Source of the DNA: Alphaproteobacteria bacterium
GTDB lineage: Bacteria > Pseudomonadota > Alphaproteobacteria > UBA8317
Direction: 5' to 3'
NCBI GenBank assembly: GCA_038131935.1
Contig: JAYPQH010000037.1
Span: 52,262-116,261, forward strand
Length of the DNA: 64,000 bases
Each line of letters begins with the position of its first letter. The stretch's first letter is position 1. Shown here one piece after another: positions 51,312 to 61,499 of this stretch. The translations under genes and the position numbers were made by a program. The notes under the pieces were generated by a model. It was not told where the DNA came from. It saw only the letters and a program-made list of their open reading frames with translations, and searched no databases.

Positions 51312-51340
51312 AAAAGGCCGCTCTTGTAGCGGTCTTTTTT
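51312..51340. terminator. Bidirectional rho-independent terminator
   Basis: aaaaggccgct-cttgt-agcggtctttttt between convergent genes. Confidence 0.7.
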
Positions 51341-51680
51341 AATGGCGTTTGCGTTTATCCAGACGCTCTCCTTGCTGTTGAAGTTGAAGCAAGATCGCGC
51401 CAAATTCCCTTGATCTTTTGAGGACAATGCCTTGTTGGTTAAGAAGAGCCCAAGCACCTTGCCGGTGCGCCAATTCTGGGTTTTTGACAATGGTAAACTG
51501 AGGTGCTTCCCCAAATTTGCGAAAGACTGCGAAGCTTGCTTCATTGCCTATCATGCTTATGGCATAATCTTTCCAAATGCCACGTGTCACCATTTGCCCG
51601 TAAATACGCAAGAGTCCTTGCAGTTCAAGGCGCTCTAGCTTTGCTTTTGGTCGTGCGTTATTCGTTGTATGTAGGTTCAT
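51339..51680 (-). CDS. DUF2794-family protein
   Basis: EL..LLRIYG.MV..G.WKDYAI, F.VFR...E.P...I.K, G.VLKR; usual neighbour of the Bax inhibitor gene. Confidence 0.8.
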   Translation of the reverse strand: MNLHTTNNARPKAKLERLELQGLLRIYGQMVTRGIWKDYAISMIGNEASFAVFRKFGEAPQFTIVKNPELAHRQGAWALLNQQGIVLKRSREFGAILLQLQQQGERLDKRKRH

Positions 51681-51763
51681 GACTAGATTGTGCCGTGCTC
51701 TTAAGCGGTTGCCAACCCTTTATATGTTGCATGGGCTTATGTCGGTAAACATATCCTGGCACG

Positions 51764-52749
51764 ATGGGTCAGGTGAACAATGCTGAAAGTGCGAGGAAGA
51801 ATTTTTCCATGTTGCAACTGCAAAAAGTGAGTAAATCTTTTGGTAAGCGATCGGCATTGAACGACATAAATCTTACCGTAAGACGTGGAGATATTCTTGG
51901 TCTGATTGGTCCAAATGGCTCTGGAAAAACAACTTTAATGCGCATTGCGTCGGGTTTTCTTCGACCAGATAAAGGCACGGTGCAAATAGGTGCGCATGAC
52001 ATGGTGCGCGAGCGTAAAAAAGCATTGGCCCTTTTGGGATATCTTCCTGAAATTTCCTCTGGTTATGATGATATGGATGTTGTTGATTTCCTGAAATTCT
52101 GTGCGAGAGCCAGAGGTGTACGTGGTCAAGAAATCAAGAATGTTTGTGACAAGGCGATGGAACGAACGCAAATTACTGATGTATGTTACCTCCCCATAAA
52201 AGTTCTTTCTAAAGGGTTCAAGCGCAGGGTTGGTCTGGCACAAGCCATTTTGATGGAGCCACCATTGTTGTTGTTAGATGAACCCACAGATGGATTAGAT
52301 CCTGTGCAAACAAGACGCTTTCGTCTTTTGATTAAAGAGCTGGCAAAACATTGTGCCGTTATGATGTCCACACATCAGCTGGATGAAGTTGATGCCATAT
52401 GTACGCGGACAGCTATGATGCGTGGGGACAATTGATCTTGGATGCATCGCCCACTGAACTCCAGCAAGTTGGTCAACTGACCAGGCATGTAAGGATTCTG
52501 CTGCATGCTGGTGAAGCCGAGGGTATTGCCAATATTTTGATTATGGATCAGGCAGTTTCAGGATTACGTGCAGAGTGGGATGATGGAGGACAAATTGCCC
52601 TTGTTGTTGCGCCTTATGATGATAGGGACCTGAAAACATATCTCCACAAGCTTGCCCATCAATATGGATGGAGTTACTCGAAAATTTCATATGCAGGAGG
52701 TGGTTTGGCCAATACCTTTGAAGAACTCGCTTCGGAGTCATTATCATGA
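51764..52749 (+). CDS. ABC transporter ATPase, GldA-like (frameshift at ~52425)
   Basis: GPNGSGKTT, GYLPE, LSKGFKRRVGLAQA, LDEPTDGLDP; adding one G gives RGGQLILD and joins ORF 52399-52749. Confidence 0.82.
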
Positions 52750-53480
52750 CGGGTTTTATGGTTGTGTTGCAACGTGAATGCATGGCGTATTTTTCCTCAC
52801 CAGTGATTTATTTTTTGCTCGCTTGTTTTGCCATTACCCATGGTTTCTTTGTGCTCATACCTCATGTGACGACCTTGGCATCATGGCAAGAATTGGGGAA
52901 CATTTCCCTGATCATGCCGACCCTCTTGATGCTATTTGTACCAGCAGTCGGTATGCGCAGTTGGGCTCAAGAACGTCATACGGGTTCCATCGAACTTCTT
53001 TTAACATTGCCCATTGATCCAGAAGCTGCCGTACTGGGAAAATTTTTTGCAGGTTTGATTACAATCATGCTTGCGTTGGCTGGGACGATTCCATCAGTTC
53101 TCATGTCGACAGATGTATTGTTCGCGGATTTGGGGAGGGTTTTTGCCCTCTATGTGGGGGCGCTTTTGTTGGGGGGGTGTTTTTTGGCGGTTAGCATGAT
53201 GATCTCAGCGCTAACGAGCACCCCTTGGTTGGCATATGTTCTGACGCTTATCTTTCTTATCATATGTTGGTTTGTGGTCTATATTCCCTATTTGATTGGT
53301 AACAACGCTCCTATCTTGATGGGTGTATTTTCTCTTGTAGATGGCTTTTTTATGGCACCTCGGTATGCGCGTATGCATATGGGTTTTTGGATTCTTTCAG
53401 ACTTCCTTTTCTTTATATTATTTCTCACCTGTTGGTTATGGGCCTGCATGATTGCAGTTCGTCGTTGGGTGGAGGAGTAA
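52746..53480 (+). CDS. ABC-2 permease, GldF-like
   Basis: RE..AYF.SP..Y, PAVGMRSWAQERHTGSIELLLTLP, VLGKF. Confidence 0.82.
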   Translation: MTGFMVVLQRECMAYFSSPVIYFLLACFAITHGFFVLIPHVTTLASWQELGNISLIMPTLLMLFVPAVGMRSWAQERHTGSIELLLTLPIDPEAAVLGKFFAGLITIMLALAGTIPSVLMSTDVLFADLGRVFALYVGALLLGGCFLAVSMMISALTSTPWLAYVLTLIFLIICWFVVYIPYLIGNNAPILMGVFSLVDGFFMAPRYARMHMGFWILSDFLFFILFLTCWLWACMIAVRRWVEE

Positions 53481-55070
53481 ATGGCCAGATCCTATGCTCT
53501 GCTTAGCTATGTGATGCTCATCTGCATTTTTGTAATTGGGGTTTATATTTCAGATCGTTTTACGTCGATTTACCATAGCGATACCACATCTCACTCTTTC
53601 TATCGTCCAGGTGACATGGAGAAAAATGTTCTTGACCAAATGCAAATTCCTGTGGAGCTGCATTTCGTCGTTTCGGATAATCCTGTCCACATCCTTGGTT
53701 CTCGGCGTGAAGCGTTGATGATATGGCTGGAGCAGGTCCGTCTGTTGAGACCCCAGGTCTTAAAATGGCAAGGCGGTCGTTCACAACATGGTGGTCAGGA
53801 AAATCATCCATCAAAGCTTTTGCCGCATGATAGAGAGGTTTTTGACGGTGTAAATTCTGATTTTGAAGGGTTTATTTTGCGCAATCAATTGGGGAACTCT
53901 CGGCTGATACCCGTGCGTAAAGCTGAGAACATCATACAAATTAAGCAAGCATTGATGATGGCACTGGAGCAACTGGGTCGGCTGCAAAAACCTCAACTTC
54001 AGCTTTTCATAGGTGCAAGCTTAAGTGAATATCAAGACAGACTCATGGCCAAATTAAGTCCTTTTGTGGAGCCTATTATACTAAGGGATATCAACCAAGA
54101 TTTCACGCCCAATATACCCTTGATGATGGTTCAGGCAGGTTCCTTGCCAGAAAATATAAGCCAAAGAATTCATCATGCTGTTGTTGAGGGATGGCCTTTG
54201 ATGATTTTGGTCGACCCCTCCTTGCCAGGAGAGGTTGGGCTCCCACCTTGGGTCGAAAATGAAGGTGTAAAACTGCGGCAAGATATCTATCCTGCCAGCA
54301 GCACATCATTTTCTGCATGGATAAGGCATCGGGATTATACCTCTGAGGTCATGAAATCACATGATGAACTCTCCATTCATCCTTTCATCATAGAGGGAGC
54401 AAGATTGTTGCCACCTTGGCAAGGGGCTGGATTGTTTGAATATCCACCTACTGCCACAGGGATTGAGCCATTGGTAAAAGTTTCAGGTTCTGCGATGCTG
54501 GTGTCAAAAAAACCGCCTTATACGGTCACAGCCTTAGACCCACAAAGACAGGCGCTCGTGCTGAGACTTAAAGGGCATACGAAGAATATTCTTATGATGG
54601 CCAATATCGATCACCTGTTACAGCCAAACCAAAACAATCTTTATGACATGAACATACAGGTTGCATTTTTGCTGCAGCTTTTGAGCATGAGTGATGTAGC
54701 TTTTTCATGGTCAGATGATGGGATGGATCGTAGTTTTGCTACCCAAGACAAAACGCATTCGCCCTCCTTATGGAATGACAGATGGCGTGTTGTGGCAACA
54801 AGGTTGTTGCAAGAACATGATAGACTTTTGCATTTGTACAGCAAGACGGTCAAAACTGAGCAAGATAATCAGCTCATCAAGCAAACCCAACAAGCATTTG
54901 AATTGGCATTGCAAGAGGCTGAGCGCATTTGGCCTTCAACAGATAGATCTCATGATAGGCAAAATATTGGCATGGTTGTTCTGCAGATTATGGTTGCGCC
55001 CTCCTTGTTTATATTGGTGGGGGCTATAGCCATTTCCTATCGCCGCTTGCGTAGGAGGGATGTCCTTTGA
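53481..55070 (+). CDS. GldG-like ABC auxiliary membrane protein (highly diverged)
   Basis: N- and C-terminal TM helices ending RRLRRR, large soluble middle with LMILVDP; position after the GldF-like permease. Confidence 0.55.
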   Translation: MARSYALLSYVMLICIFVIGVYISDRFTSIYHSDTTSHSFYRPGDMEKNVLDQMQIPVELHFVVSDNPVHILGSRREALMIWLEQVRLLRPQVLKWQGGRSQHGGQENHPSKLLPHDREVFDGVNSDFEGFILRNQLGNSRLIPVRKAENIIQIKQALMMALEQLGRLQKPQLQLFIGASLSEYQDRLMAKLSPFVEPIILRDINQDFTPNIPLMMVQAGSLPENISQRIHHAVVEGWPLMILVDPSLPGEVGLPPWVENEGVKLRQDIYPASSTSFSAWIRHRDYTSEVMKSHDELSIHPFIIEGARLLPPWQGAGLFEYPPTATGIEPLVKVSGSAMLVSKKPPYTVTALDPQRQALVLRLKGHTKNILMMANIDHLLQPNQNNLYDMNIQVAFLLQLLSMSDVAFSWSDDGMDRSFATQDKTHSPSLWNDRWRVVATRLLQEHDRLLHLYSKTVKTEQDNQLIKQTQQAFELALQEAERIWPSTDRSHDRQNIGMVVLQIMVAPSLFILVGAIAISYRRLRRRDVL

Positions 55071-55969
55071 TCAAAGCATCTTTACGAATTTTGGTGCTCT
55101 GCCTAGGGGCACTCTGCGTCATTGTGGCTTGGGAAGCTTTGCGGGATGCGCAGAAACCAACTGTCACGGATGCAGCCTTGCGTGAATGGGCACCATCAAC
55201 CAGCCTGAAGGAACTTCAGGATTCTGACATATTAAGGATTAATGGGACAACGTTCCGTCACAAAGATGGGATCTGGCAATTACCAGATGGAACCTTGATG
55301 GATGCCAAAAAAATTCAAAAATTTATTTCTCAAATTCAAAACCTACTCCCTGGTGAACCCATTGATGTGCCTAAAAATCTATGGCCATCATTGGGTTTGG
55401 GTTTCAACCGCCATATGGTCGAATTTTGGCGGAGTGATATCAATTTGTTATCTGTTTTTGTAAGTCATGGTGCAGATCCTGCAATGAAGCAGCGGTTCAT
55501 CGCTCATGAAGGAAAGGTATTCGCACTTGGTGAAGATTTGATGTTGCCTTCTTCATGGAAGGACTTTTGGCTTGGTCATCCAGATACATGGCCAACATGG
55601 GCAACATTGTCACAGATAGAACTACAGCATTGGGGTAAGCCATCGATCATGCTCGATATCGATGAGGACATGAAAATGAATCATGAATTTTTATCTGGAG
55701 ACGTTGCCAAAACATTCCAAAAAAGTTTTCAGCTAAGCGATTTTATTGGGTTGCAGAGCATGCAGAATGGTCAAATCCAAGGTCGTATTGATATGGTTGA
55801 ACACTCAGGACAGCGCTGGGTCCTTGAGGTAATGGTTTCAGATGGTGAGCAGTTTGCACGCCTGATCGCGCCCAAAAATCACCCTGATTATGACCTCTTG
55901 CGCAATGTTTGGCTTGAATTTCAGCCTTGGCGTTTCGACATATGGACCATGTCATTGAAAGGTCCATGA
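55067..55969 (+). CDS. Membrane-anchored protein, DUF4340-like
   Basis: Single N-terminal TM, DGIWQL, LGL; fourth gene of the Gld-like operon. Confidence 0.45.
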   Translation: MIKASLRILVLCLGALCVIVAWEALRDAQKPTVTDAALREWAPSTSLKELQDSDILRINGTTFRHKDGIWQLPDGTLMDAKKIQKFISQIQNLLPGEPIDVPKNLWPSLGLGFNRHMVEFWRSDINLLSVFVSHGADPAMKQRFIAHEGKVFALGEDLMLPSSWKDFWLGHPDTWPTWATLSQIELQHWGKPSIMLDIDEDMKMNHEFLSGDVAKTFQKSFQLSDFIGLQSMQNGQIQGRIDMVEHSGQRWVLEVMVSDGEQFARLIAPKNHPDYDLLRNVWLEFQPWRFDIWTMSLKGP

Positions 55970-56041
55970 TTCGCCTGTGGAATGGCCCTTCTCCCTGACT
56001 CTTTTTTATGGGTTAAGCAACGTAAGTATTGAGATAATTTT

Positions 56042-57943
56042 ATGAGCGAACAAAATCTTCTATCAAAACCTTTTGAGGCTGAAGTATCAAAATTGCTAGA
56101 ATTGATGATTCACTCCGTCTATTCAGAAGCAGAAGTTTTTTTACGCGAGTTGATCGCAAACGCATCGGATGCGTGCGACAAGTTGCGTTATTTGCAACAA
56201 ACAGACGAGAGCTTTCAAAAGTTTGGGCAAGACTTCTCCGTTGATATATTCGTAGACAAAGAGAAGAAAACCATTGTTATCCGAGATAATGGTATTGGTA
56301 TGACCCTCGAGGATATGAGTGAAAATCTTGGTACCATTGCCCGTTCCGGCACCCAAGCTTTTGCTGCCATGCTGGAAGCTAAAGGTGGAGAATCATCTTC
56401 TATCGGTCAATTTGGTGTGGGTTTTTATTCCGCCTTTATCGTGGCGCAACGCGTGGAAGTTCTCTCCAAGGCCGCAGGTCAAGATGGGATTGCGCTGTGG
56501 ACTTCAGATGGAGCGAGTGGTTTTCAAGTGGGTGTGGTCACTAAGGATCAGTTCGCATCGTCACATGGCACAGAAATTACTTTGCACATACGTGATGAAC
56601 ATGAAGAATTTCTTGAAATCTCGCGTTTGCGCCAAGTTGTCACAAAATATGCAGAGCATATTGCTATTCCCGTTCGTTTGGCGGAGATGAAAGAGAATGA
56701 AGACTCAGATCTAGAGACAATCACGGGTAATAAGGCTATTTGGACCCGTAATAAGTCAGAGATAAGCGATGAAGATTATCAAGATTTTTATCGAGGTATG
56801 ACGCATCATTTTGATAAACCATCCCATACCATTCATTATCATGCAGAAGGAAGGATGGATTATAGCGTTTTGCTCTTCATTCCTGAGGAGGCACCGTATG
56901 ATTTGTTCAATGGGGAAAGAGAATCTCAAGTCAAATTGCATGTAAAAAAGGTGTTTATCACCGATAAAGCGCAAATCATTCCCGGTTATCTAAGATTTGT
57001 GAAAGGGCTCGTGGATTGTGCTGATTTACCGCTGAACATTTCGCGAGAAATGTTACAGAATTCCCCACCTGTTGTTTCTCTACGCAAAGCTGTCACCAAT
57101 CGGGTTTTAACCGAACTCAACAAATTAGCGGATAAGCAAACAGAAACCTATGATAAGATCTTTGAGAACTTTGGCGCTGTGATCAAAGAAGGACTTTACG
57201 AGGATCATGATCGACGGGATGATTTGCTTGATTTGGTTCGCTTTAAAACCACGACCAGTGGTGATGCGTGGCGTAGCTTAAAGCAGATCAAAGAGAATAT
57301 GCGTGAGGGGCAATCACAGATTTATTACATCACCGGTCGTAATCCAAAAGAGATAGAAGCGAGTCCCCATCTTGAAGGCTTCAACAAACGAAATGTCGAG
57401 GTGCTTATCCTTTCTGACCCTATTGATGATTTTTGGGTGAATATGGTTCATGAATATGAGGGTACGCCACTATCCTCTGTGACCAGGTCGGGTAATGATT
57501 TGGCATCAATTGTTGGCGATAAGGACGAACAGCAAAACAACCATTCATCAAACGAAGGAAAGCCATCAGCAGTTCAGCAAGAGACCTTAATGTCTGCCAT
57601 GCGTCTGGTTTTGAAAGATGACATTGCCGATGTGAAATTATCTGATCGGCTTACGGATTCTCCTGTTTGTTTGGTTGCTGATAGCCAGGGTATCGACCTG
57701 AATTTAGAGAAAATTTTGGCAGCTCAAGGGCAGTCTGTTCATGCAAGAAAAATATTGGAGCTAAATCCTGATCATCCTTACATCCAAAAGCTGGCAGCAA
57801 ACTCTGATGATAAAGATTTTGCGAATGCTATGGAAGGACCATCACGATTGTTGCTTGACCTTGCACGCATCATGGATGGTGATACACCCTCACGCCCCAG
57901 AGAGTTTGTGCAATCCATTACGGCATTGATGCAGAAAGCATGA
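56042..57943 (+). CDS. htpG: Molecular chaperone HtpG (Hsp90)
   Basis: FLRELIANASDA, DNGIGM, IGQFGVGFYSAF, LPLNISREMLQ, ELNPDH. Confidence 0.97.
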   Translation: MSEQNLLSKPFEAEVSKLLELMIHSVYSEAEVFLRELIANASDACDKLRYLQQTDESFQKFGQDFSVDIFVDKEKKTIVIRDNGIGMTLEDMSENLGTIARSGTQAFAAMLEAKGGESSSIGQFGVGFYSAFIVAQRVEVLSKAAGQDGIALWTSDGASGFQVGVVTKDQFASSHGTEITLHIRDEHEEFLEISRLRQVVTKYAEHIAIPVRLAEMKENEDSDLETITGNKAIWTRNKSEISDEDYQDFYRGMTHHFDKPSHTIHYHAEGRMDYSVLLFIPEEAPYDLFNGERESQVKLHVKKVFITDKAQIIPGYLRFVKGLVDCADLPLNISREMLQNSPPVVSLRKAVTNRVLTELNKLADKQTETYDKIFENFGAVIKEGLYEDHDRRDDLLDLVRFKTTTSGDAWRSLKQIKENMREGQSQIYYITGRNPKEIEASPHLEGFNKRNVEVLILSDPIDDFWVNMVHEYEGTPLSSVTRSGNDLASIVGDKDEQQNNHSSNEGKPSAVQQETLMSAMRLVLKDDIADVKLSDRLTDSPVCLVADSQGIDLNLEKILAAQGQSVHARKILELNPDHPYIQKLAANSDDKDFANAMEGPSRLLLDLARIMDGDTPSRPREFVQSITALMQKA

Positions 57944-58047
57944 AGCTTGCATTGTGTAAGCCCCCTCGTTAAGGCTGAAGAATACGCCAATAGGGGGGCT
58001 TCATGCCAGATAAATCAAAAAGAGTGATGGATGAGGGTGATCAAAAG

Positions 58048-58674
58048 ATGTCACCTGACGTGGTTGTCATTAAGAAATATGCCAACCGTCGTTTGTACAA
58101 CACAGCCAGTTCTTCATATGTAACCCTTGAATTTCTTGCCCAGATGGTCAGAGAGAGGATAGACTTTGTTGTCTATGACGCCAAGACATCTGAGGACATT
58201 ACAAGAGCAGTCTTAGCGCAAATTATTTTTGAAGAAGAGGCAAAAGGACAAAATCTATTGCCCATTGGGTTTTTGAGAGAAATGATCCGTTTTTATGGGC
58301 AAAATGTTGGTGGGCTCCTGCCAACGTATCTTGAGCAGTCTATGCAAATGTTTGTGCACAACCAGGAAGAATTGAGCAAAGCATTGGGGACGCAGCATAC
58401 ATTTAAAACATTCGAAGATATGACCCGGCAAAACCTACAAATGATTGAGCGTGCTGCGCAGATGTTCTCACCATTTTCTGGGATGGCATCGCAAACGCAA
58501 ACATCAACGAGCGAAGATAAAAAGCAGACTTCAGGCGCTGGGCGTGGTGCACCATTGGATCAATTCGATCTTATGCAGATGCAGATGCAGCAGCTTCAGG
58601 ATCAAATCAACGCCCTTACGCGCATGGGGCAATCCATGCAAACAGGACAATACAAAACAGATAAAAAAGGTTAA
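58048..58674 (+). CDS. phaR: Polyhydroxyalkanoate synthesis repressor PhaR
   Basis: IKKYANRRLYNT..SSYVTL, DAKTSEDITR.VL.QII; GAGG RBS before ATG 58048 (longest ORF starts 58003). Confidence 0.92.
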   Translation: MSPDVVVIKKYANRRLYNTASSSYVTLEFLAQMVRERIDFVVYDAKTSEDITRAVLAQIIFEEEAKGQNLLPIGFLREMIRFYGQNVGGLLPTYLEQSMQMFVHNQEELSKALGTQHTFKTFEDMTRQNLQMIERAAQMFSPFSGMASQTQTSTSEDKKQTSGAGRGAPLDQFDLMQMQMQQLQDQINALTRMGQSMQTGQYKTDKKG

Positions 58675-58787
58675 CGAATAATTTCTGTTGAGAAGGCTTT
58701 AGGTATTGACCATGAAGCCTATGCATTGAGTGCTGCTGAGATGGTGCCATCAAAAAATGGCGCTGGGGATGGGATGGCATCAAAACA

Positions 58788-59411
58788 ATGAGTTTGGATG
58801 TAGAGAATATAACGGTCGAGAGAGCAGGTCGTTTGGTGATAAAGGGCTTGAGCCTTAAGATAGATGCCGGGGAGGCATGTATCTTGCGCGGACCCAACGG
58901 TGTTGGAAAATCAACATTGCTTCGAGCTTTAGCAGGTTTATTGCCTATTTCATTGGGCGACGTTCTTTGGGATGGGACGTCTTGTTTAGATGGCCGAAGA
59001 ACCGATCTTGCAGACAAAATCGGTTACATGGGGCATATGCTTGGACTCAAGGCTTCGTTAACAAGCATGCAGTGGCTTTCTTCGTCCCTTTGGTTGGATG
59101 GGAGACATACTTCAGAAGGTTATATTTTAGAGGCGCTTGAGGCTGTGCATTTGCGTTTTGCAGCTGACGTGCCTGTTCGTGTGCTTTCTTCTGGTCAGAG
59201 GCAGCGGCTTGCGCTTTGTCGTTTGAAGTTGTTGCATCGACGCCTCTGGCTCTTGGATGAGCCTAGTGTAGGGCTTGATGATGCTGCGCTTCATGATTTG
59301 CAAAGGATGATTCATCACCATCTGCAAGATGGAGGCTTGGTGCTGGCCACATCGCACGTCGAATTAGGTATTGCTGCAAAAGCTTATGAGTTGAGGCGTT
59401 GCGATGTCTAG
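58788..59411 (+). CDS. ccmA: Heme ABC exporter ATPase CcmA
   Basis: GPNGVGKST, YMGH..GLK, LSSGQRQRLAL, LWLLDEP. Confidence 0.9.
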   Translation: MSLDVENITVERAGRLVIKGLSLKIDAGEACILRGPNGVGKSTLLRALAGLLPISLGDVLWDGTSCLDGRRTDLADKIGYMGHMLGLKASLTSMQWLSSSLWLDGRHTSEGYILEALEAVHLRFAADVPVRVLSSGQRQRLALCRLKLLHRRLWLLDEPSVGLDDAALHDLQRMIHHHLQDGGLVLATSHVELGIAAKAYELRRCDV

Positions 59412-60069
59412 ATTTTGGGGTTTGTTGCGCCGAGAGATCCTGTTGTATCAACCCCTAGGTGGGGGGAATTTGGTCCCGCTCGCTTTTTTTGTGATCGTTA
59501 TTATGCTCATACCATTTGGTATAGGGCCGGAACCCAAAATATTGGCGCGAATTGCGGGTGGTACGGTGTGGGTCGCGGCATTGTTAGCCATTTTGCTGAC
59601 GTTGGATCGCTTGTACCAATCAGACAGGGATGATGGCGGGTTGGACCAATTGATGCTGACTGGGCTATCTTGGGAAATGTTGGTGTTGGGGAAATGCTTG
59701 GCGCATTGGGTCTCGTTTACCTTGCCATTGATCTTGGTATCTCCGCTAATGGGGTTGTTGTTGCAGCTCCCTGAGGAGGGCTATCTTGCTCTTATTCTCA
59801 GTTTGTTGGTTGGATCTCCTGCGTTGACATTTTTAGGCTCCATTGGGGCATCACTTGTGATCTCCGTGCGGCAAGGAGGTCTCTTGTTGGCGTTACTGAT
59901 ACTTCCTCTTTATGTACCCATTTTGATTTTTGGGGCATCTTGTGTAGAGGCGGCTGTGTTGTCTCGTTCTATACAAGATCCCTTGCTTTTGCTTTTTGCA
60001 TTGTCCCTTATGTCGGGATTTGTTGGGGTATTGGCCAGTGCAATGGCATTACGGTTGGAACAATCCTAA
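59404..60069 (+). CDS. ccmB: Heme exporter permease CcmB
   Basis: PFGIGPE, D.DDG.L, KCLAHW, LPLYVPILIFG. Confidence 0.93.
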   Translation: MSRFWGLLRREILLYQPLGGGNLVPLAFFVIVIMLIPFGIGPEPKILARIAGGTVWVAALLAILLTLDRLYQSDRDDGGLDQLMLTGLSWEMLVLGKCLAHWVSFTLPLILVSPLMGLLLQLPEEGYLALILSLLVGSPALTFLGSIGASLVISVRQGGLLLALLILPLYVPILIFGASCVEAAVLSRSIQDPLLLLFALSLMSGFVGVLASAMALRLEQS

Positions 60070-60205
60070 CGAAGTTTCATTGGGACAACTTGACGCGATG
60101 GGTTTGGAGGTGATGTGGAATCCACAAAATTCGATCTATATTTTGTTGTTGATATGATAGGAAGCATTGGTGTTCATTTGCGCTTAGCAGAAGGGTGAAA
60201 GAGAT

Positions 60206-61456
60206 ATGGCCATATCCCAAGATCATGATGTTGTGGTAATAGGCTCAGGCATAGCTGGCGTGACGGCTGCCTATTTCCTTGTGCAAAAAGGCTTTCACGT
60301 TACCGTCATGGATCGACAACGACATGCGGCCATGGAAACTTCTTATGCCAATGGTGGACAGATTTCTGTTTGCAATGCTGAGGTGTGGACCCGACCCAAA
60401 ACCATTTGGCAAGGGATAAAGTGGATGTTGGATTCCGATGCGCCCCTACTTATGAATCCTATGCCGTCTGTGTCTAAATATCGCTGGATGACATCATTCA
60501 TGGCAGCTGCTTTTGGCGGCAAATATTTGCCCAATACATTAAAAACCATCGAAATGGGTTTGCGTTCGCGTCAGAATATGCGGGCCATGATGCAGGATGT
60601 TCAATTGGATTATGATCAAAGTGATTGCGGTATCTTGCATATTTACCGTGATGATAAAGCCATGGCACATGCGGAATACATAACCGCCATCATGCGCGAA
60701 CATGGCCTGGAACGCGAAGTGGTTGATGTTGCAAAGATGATTGAAATTGAGCCTGGGTTGGCAGATGCCAGAGATCAATTGGTGGGTGGTACCTACACAG
60801 AGCATGATTTCACAGGGGATATCCATAAGTTTTGTCGCGATTTGCTCGATCTATTGGTCGCTCGTGGTGATGTGCATTTTTTGCGTGGGCGTGAAGTTGT
60901 CGCGGTACAGGAGAATGCAGATGGGATTGACTTGGATGTCGAGACAGCACGTGGTCAACGGGAATTTCATGTTGCAAAAAAGGTCGTTGTTGCCGCTGGT
61001 GCAGAGTCTAGCCGTGCATTTCCAGCACTTCGTCGCTACAAGGTTTATCCTGTAAAAGGTTATTCCATCACCGTCGAGGTTCCACCTGAGCAGCGTGGCT
61101 CTATGCCAAGGGTAAGCTTGCTAGATGATGAGCGAAAGTTGGTATCGTCAAGCTTAGGCAGTCGTTTGCGTGTCGCGGGTACCGCTGAGATTAATGGCTG
61201 GAACCGTGATATACGAGAAGATAGAATTGTGCCCCTTATCCGTTGGGTTAATGAATTGTTTCCTCAGTTGGATACGGAAATTGTTATGCGATGGGCATGC
61301 TTGCGTCCCATGACACCAACCATGATGCCTATTCCCTATCGTCTAACGGATCGTATTTTTGCCCATAGTGGGCATGGTCATTTGGGCTGGACATTATGCT
61401 GTGCAACGGGGCAAGAATTGGCAGATGATATGGCGCGTATCTACGGGCCAAAATGA
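60206..61456 (+). CDS. dadA: D-amino acid dehydrogenase
   Basis: GSGIAG, ETSYANGGQISV, YPVKGYSIT, RVAGTAE, LRPMTP, GHGHLGWTL. Confidence 0.9.
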   Translation: MAISQDHDVVVIGSGIAGVTAAYFLVQKGFHVTVMDRQRHAAMETSYANGGQISVCNAEVWTRPKTIWQGIKWMLDSDAPLLMNPMPSVSKYRWMTSFMAAAFGGKYLPNTLKTIEMGLRSRQNMRAMMQDVQLDYDQSDCGILHIYRDDKAMAHAEYITAIMREHGLEREVVDVAKMIEIEPGLADARDQLVGGTYTEHDFTGDIHKFCRDLLDLLVARGDVHFLRGREVVAVQENADGIDLDVETARGQREFHVAKKVVVAAGAESSRAFPALRRYKVYPVKGYSITVEVPPEQRGSMPRVSLLDDERKLVSSSLGSRLRVAGTAEINGWNRDIREDRIVPLIRWVNELFPQLDTEIVMRWACLRPMTPTMMPIPYRLTDRIFAHSGHGHLGWTLCCATGQELADDMARIYGPK

Positions 61457-61499
61457 GGGTAAAGGTGCAAAAGAGCTCCGTTACATATAGCCAGAGGGG

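Noticed and set aside
52399-52749. Separate 116-aa gene
   Set aside because: It is the frameshifted C-terminus of the GldA-like ATPase
60070-60205. Glycine riboswitch upstream of dadA
   Set aside because: The conserved GGAGA / CCGAAG / CTCTCAGG elements are not present
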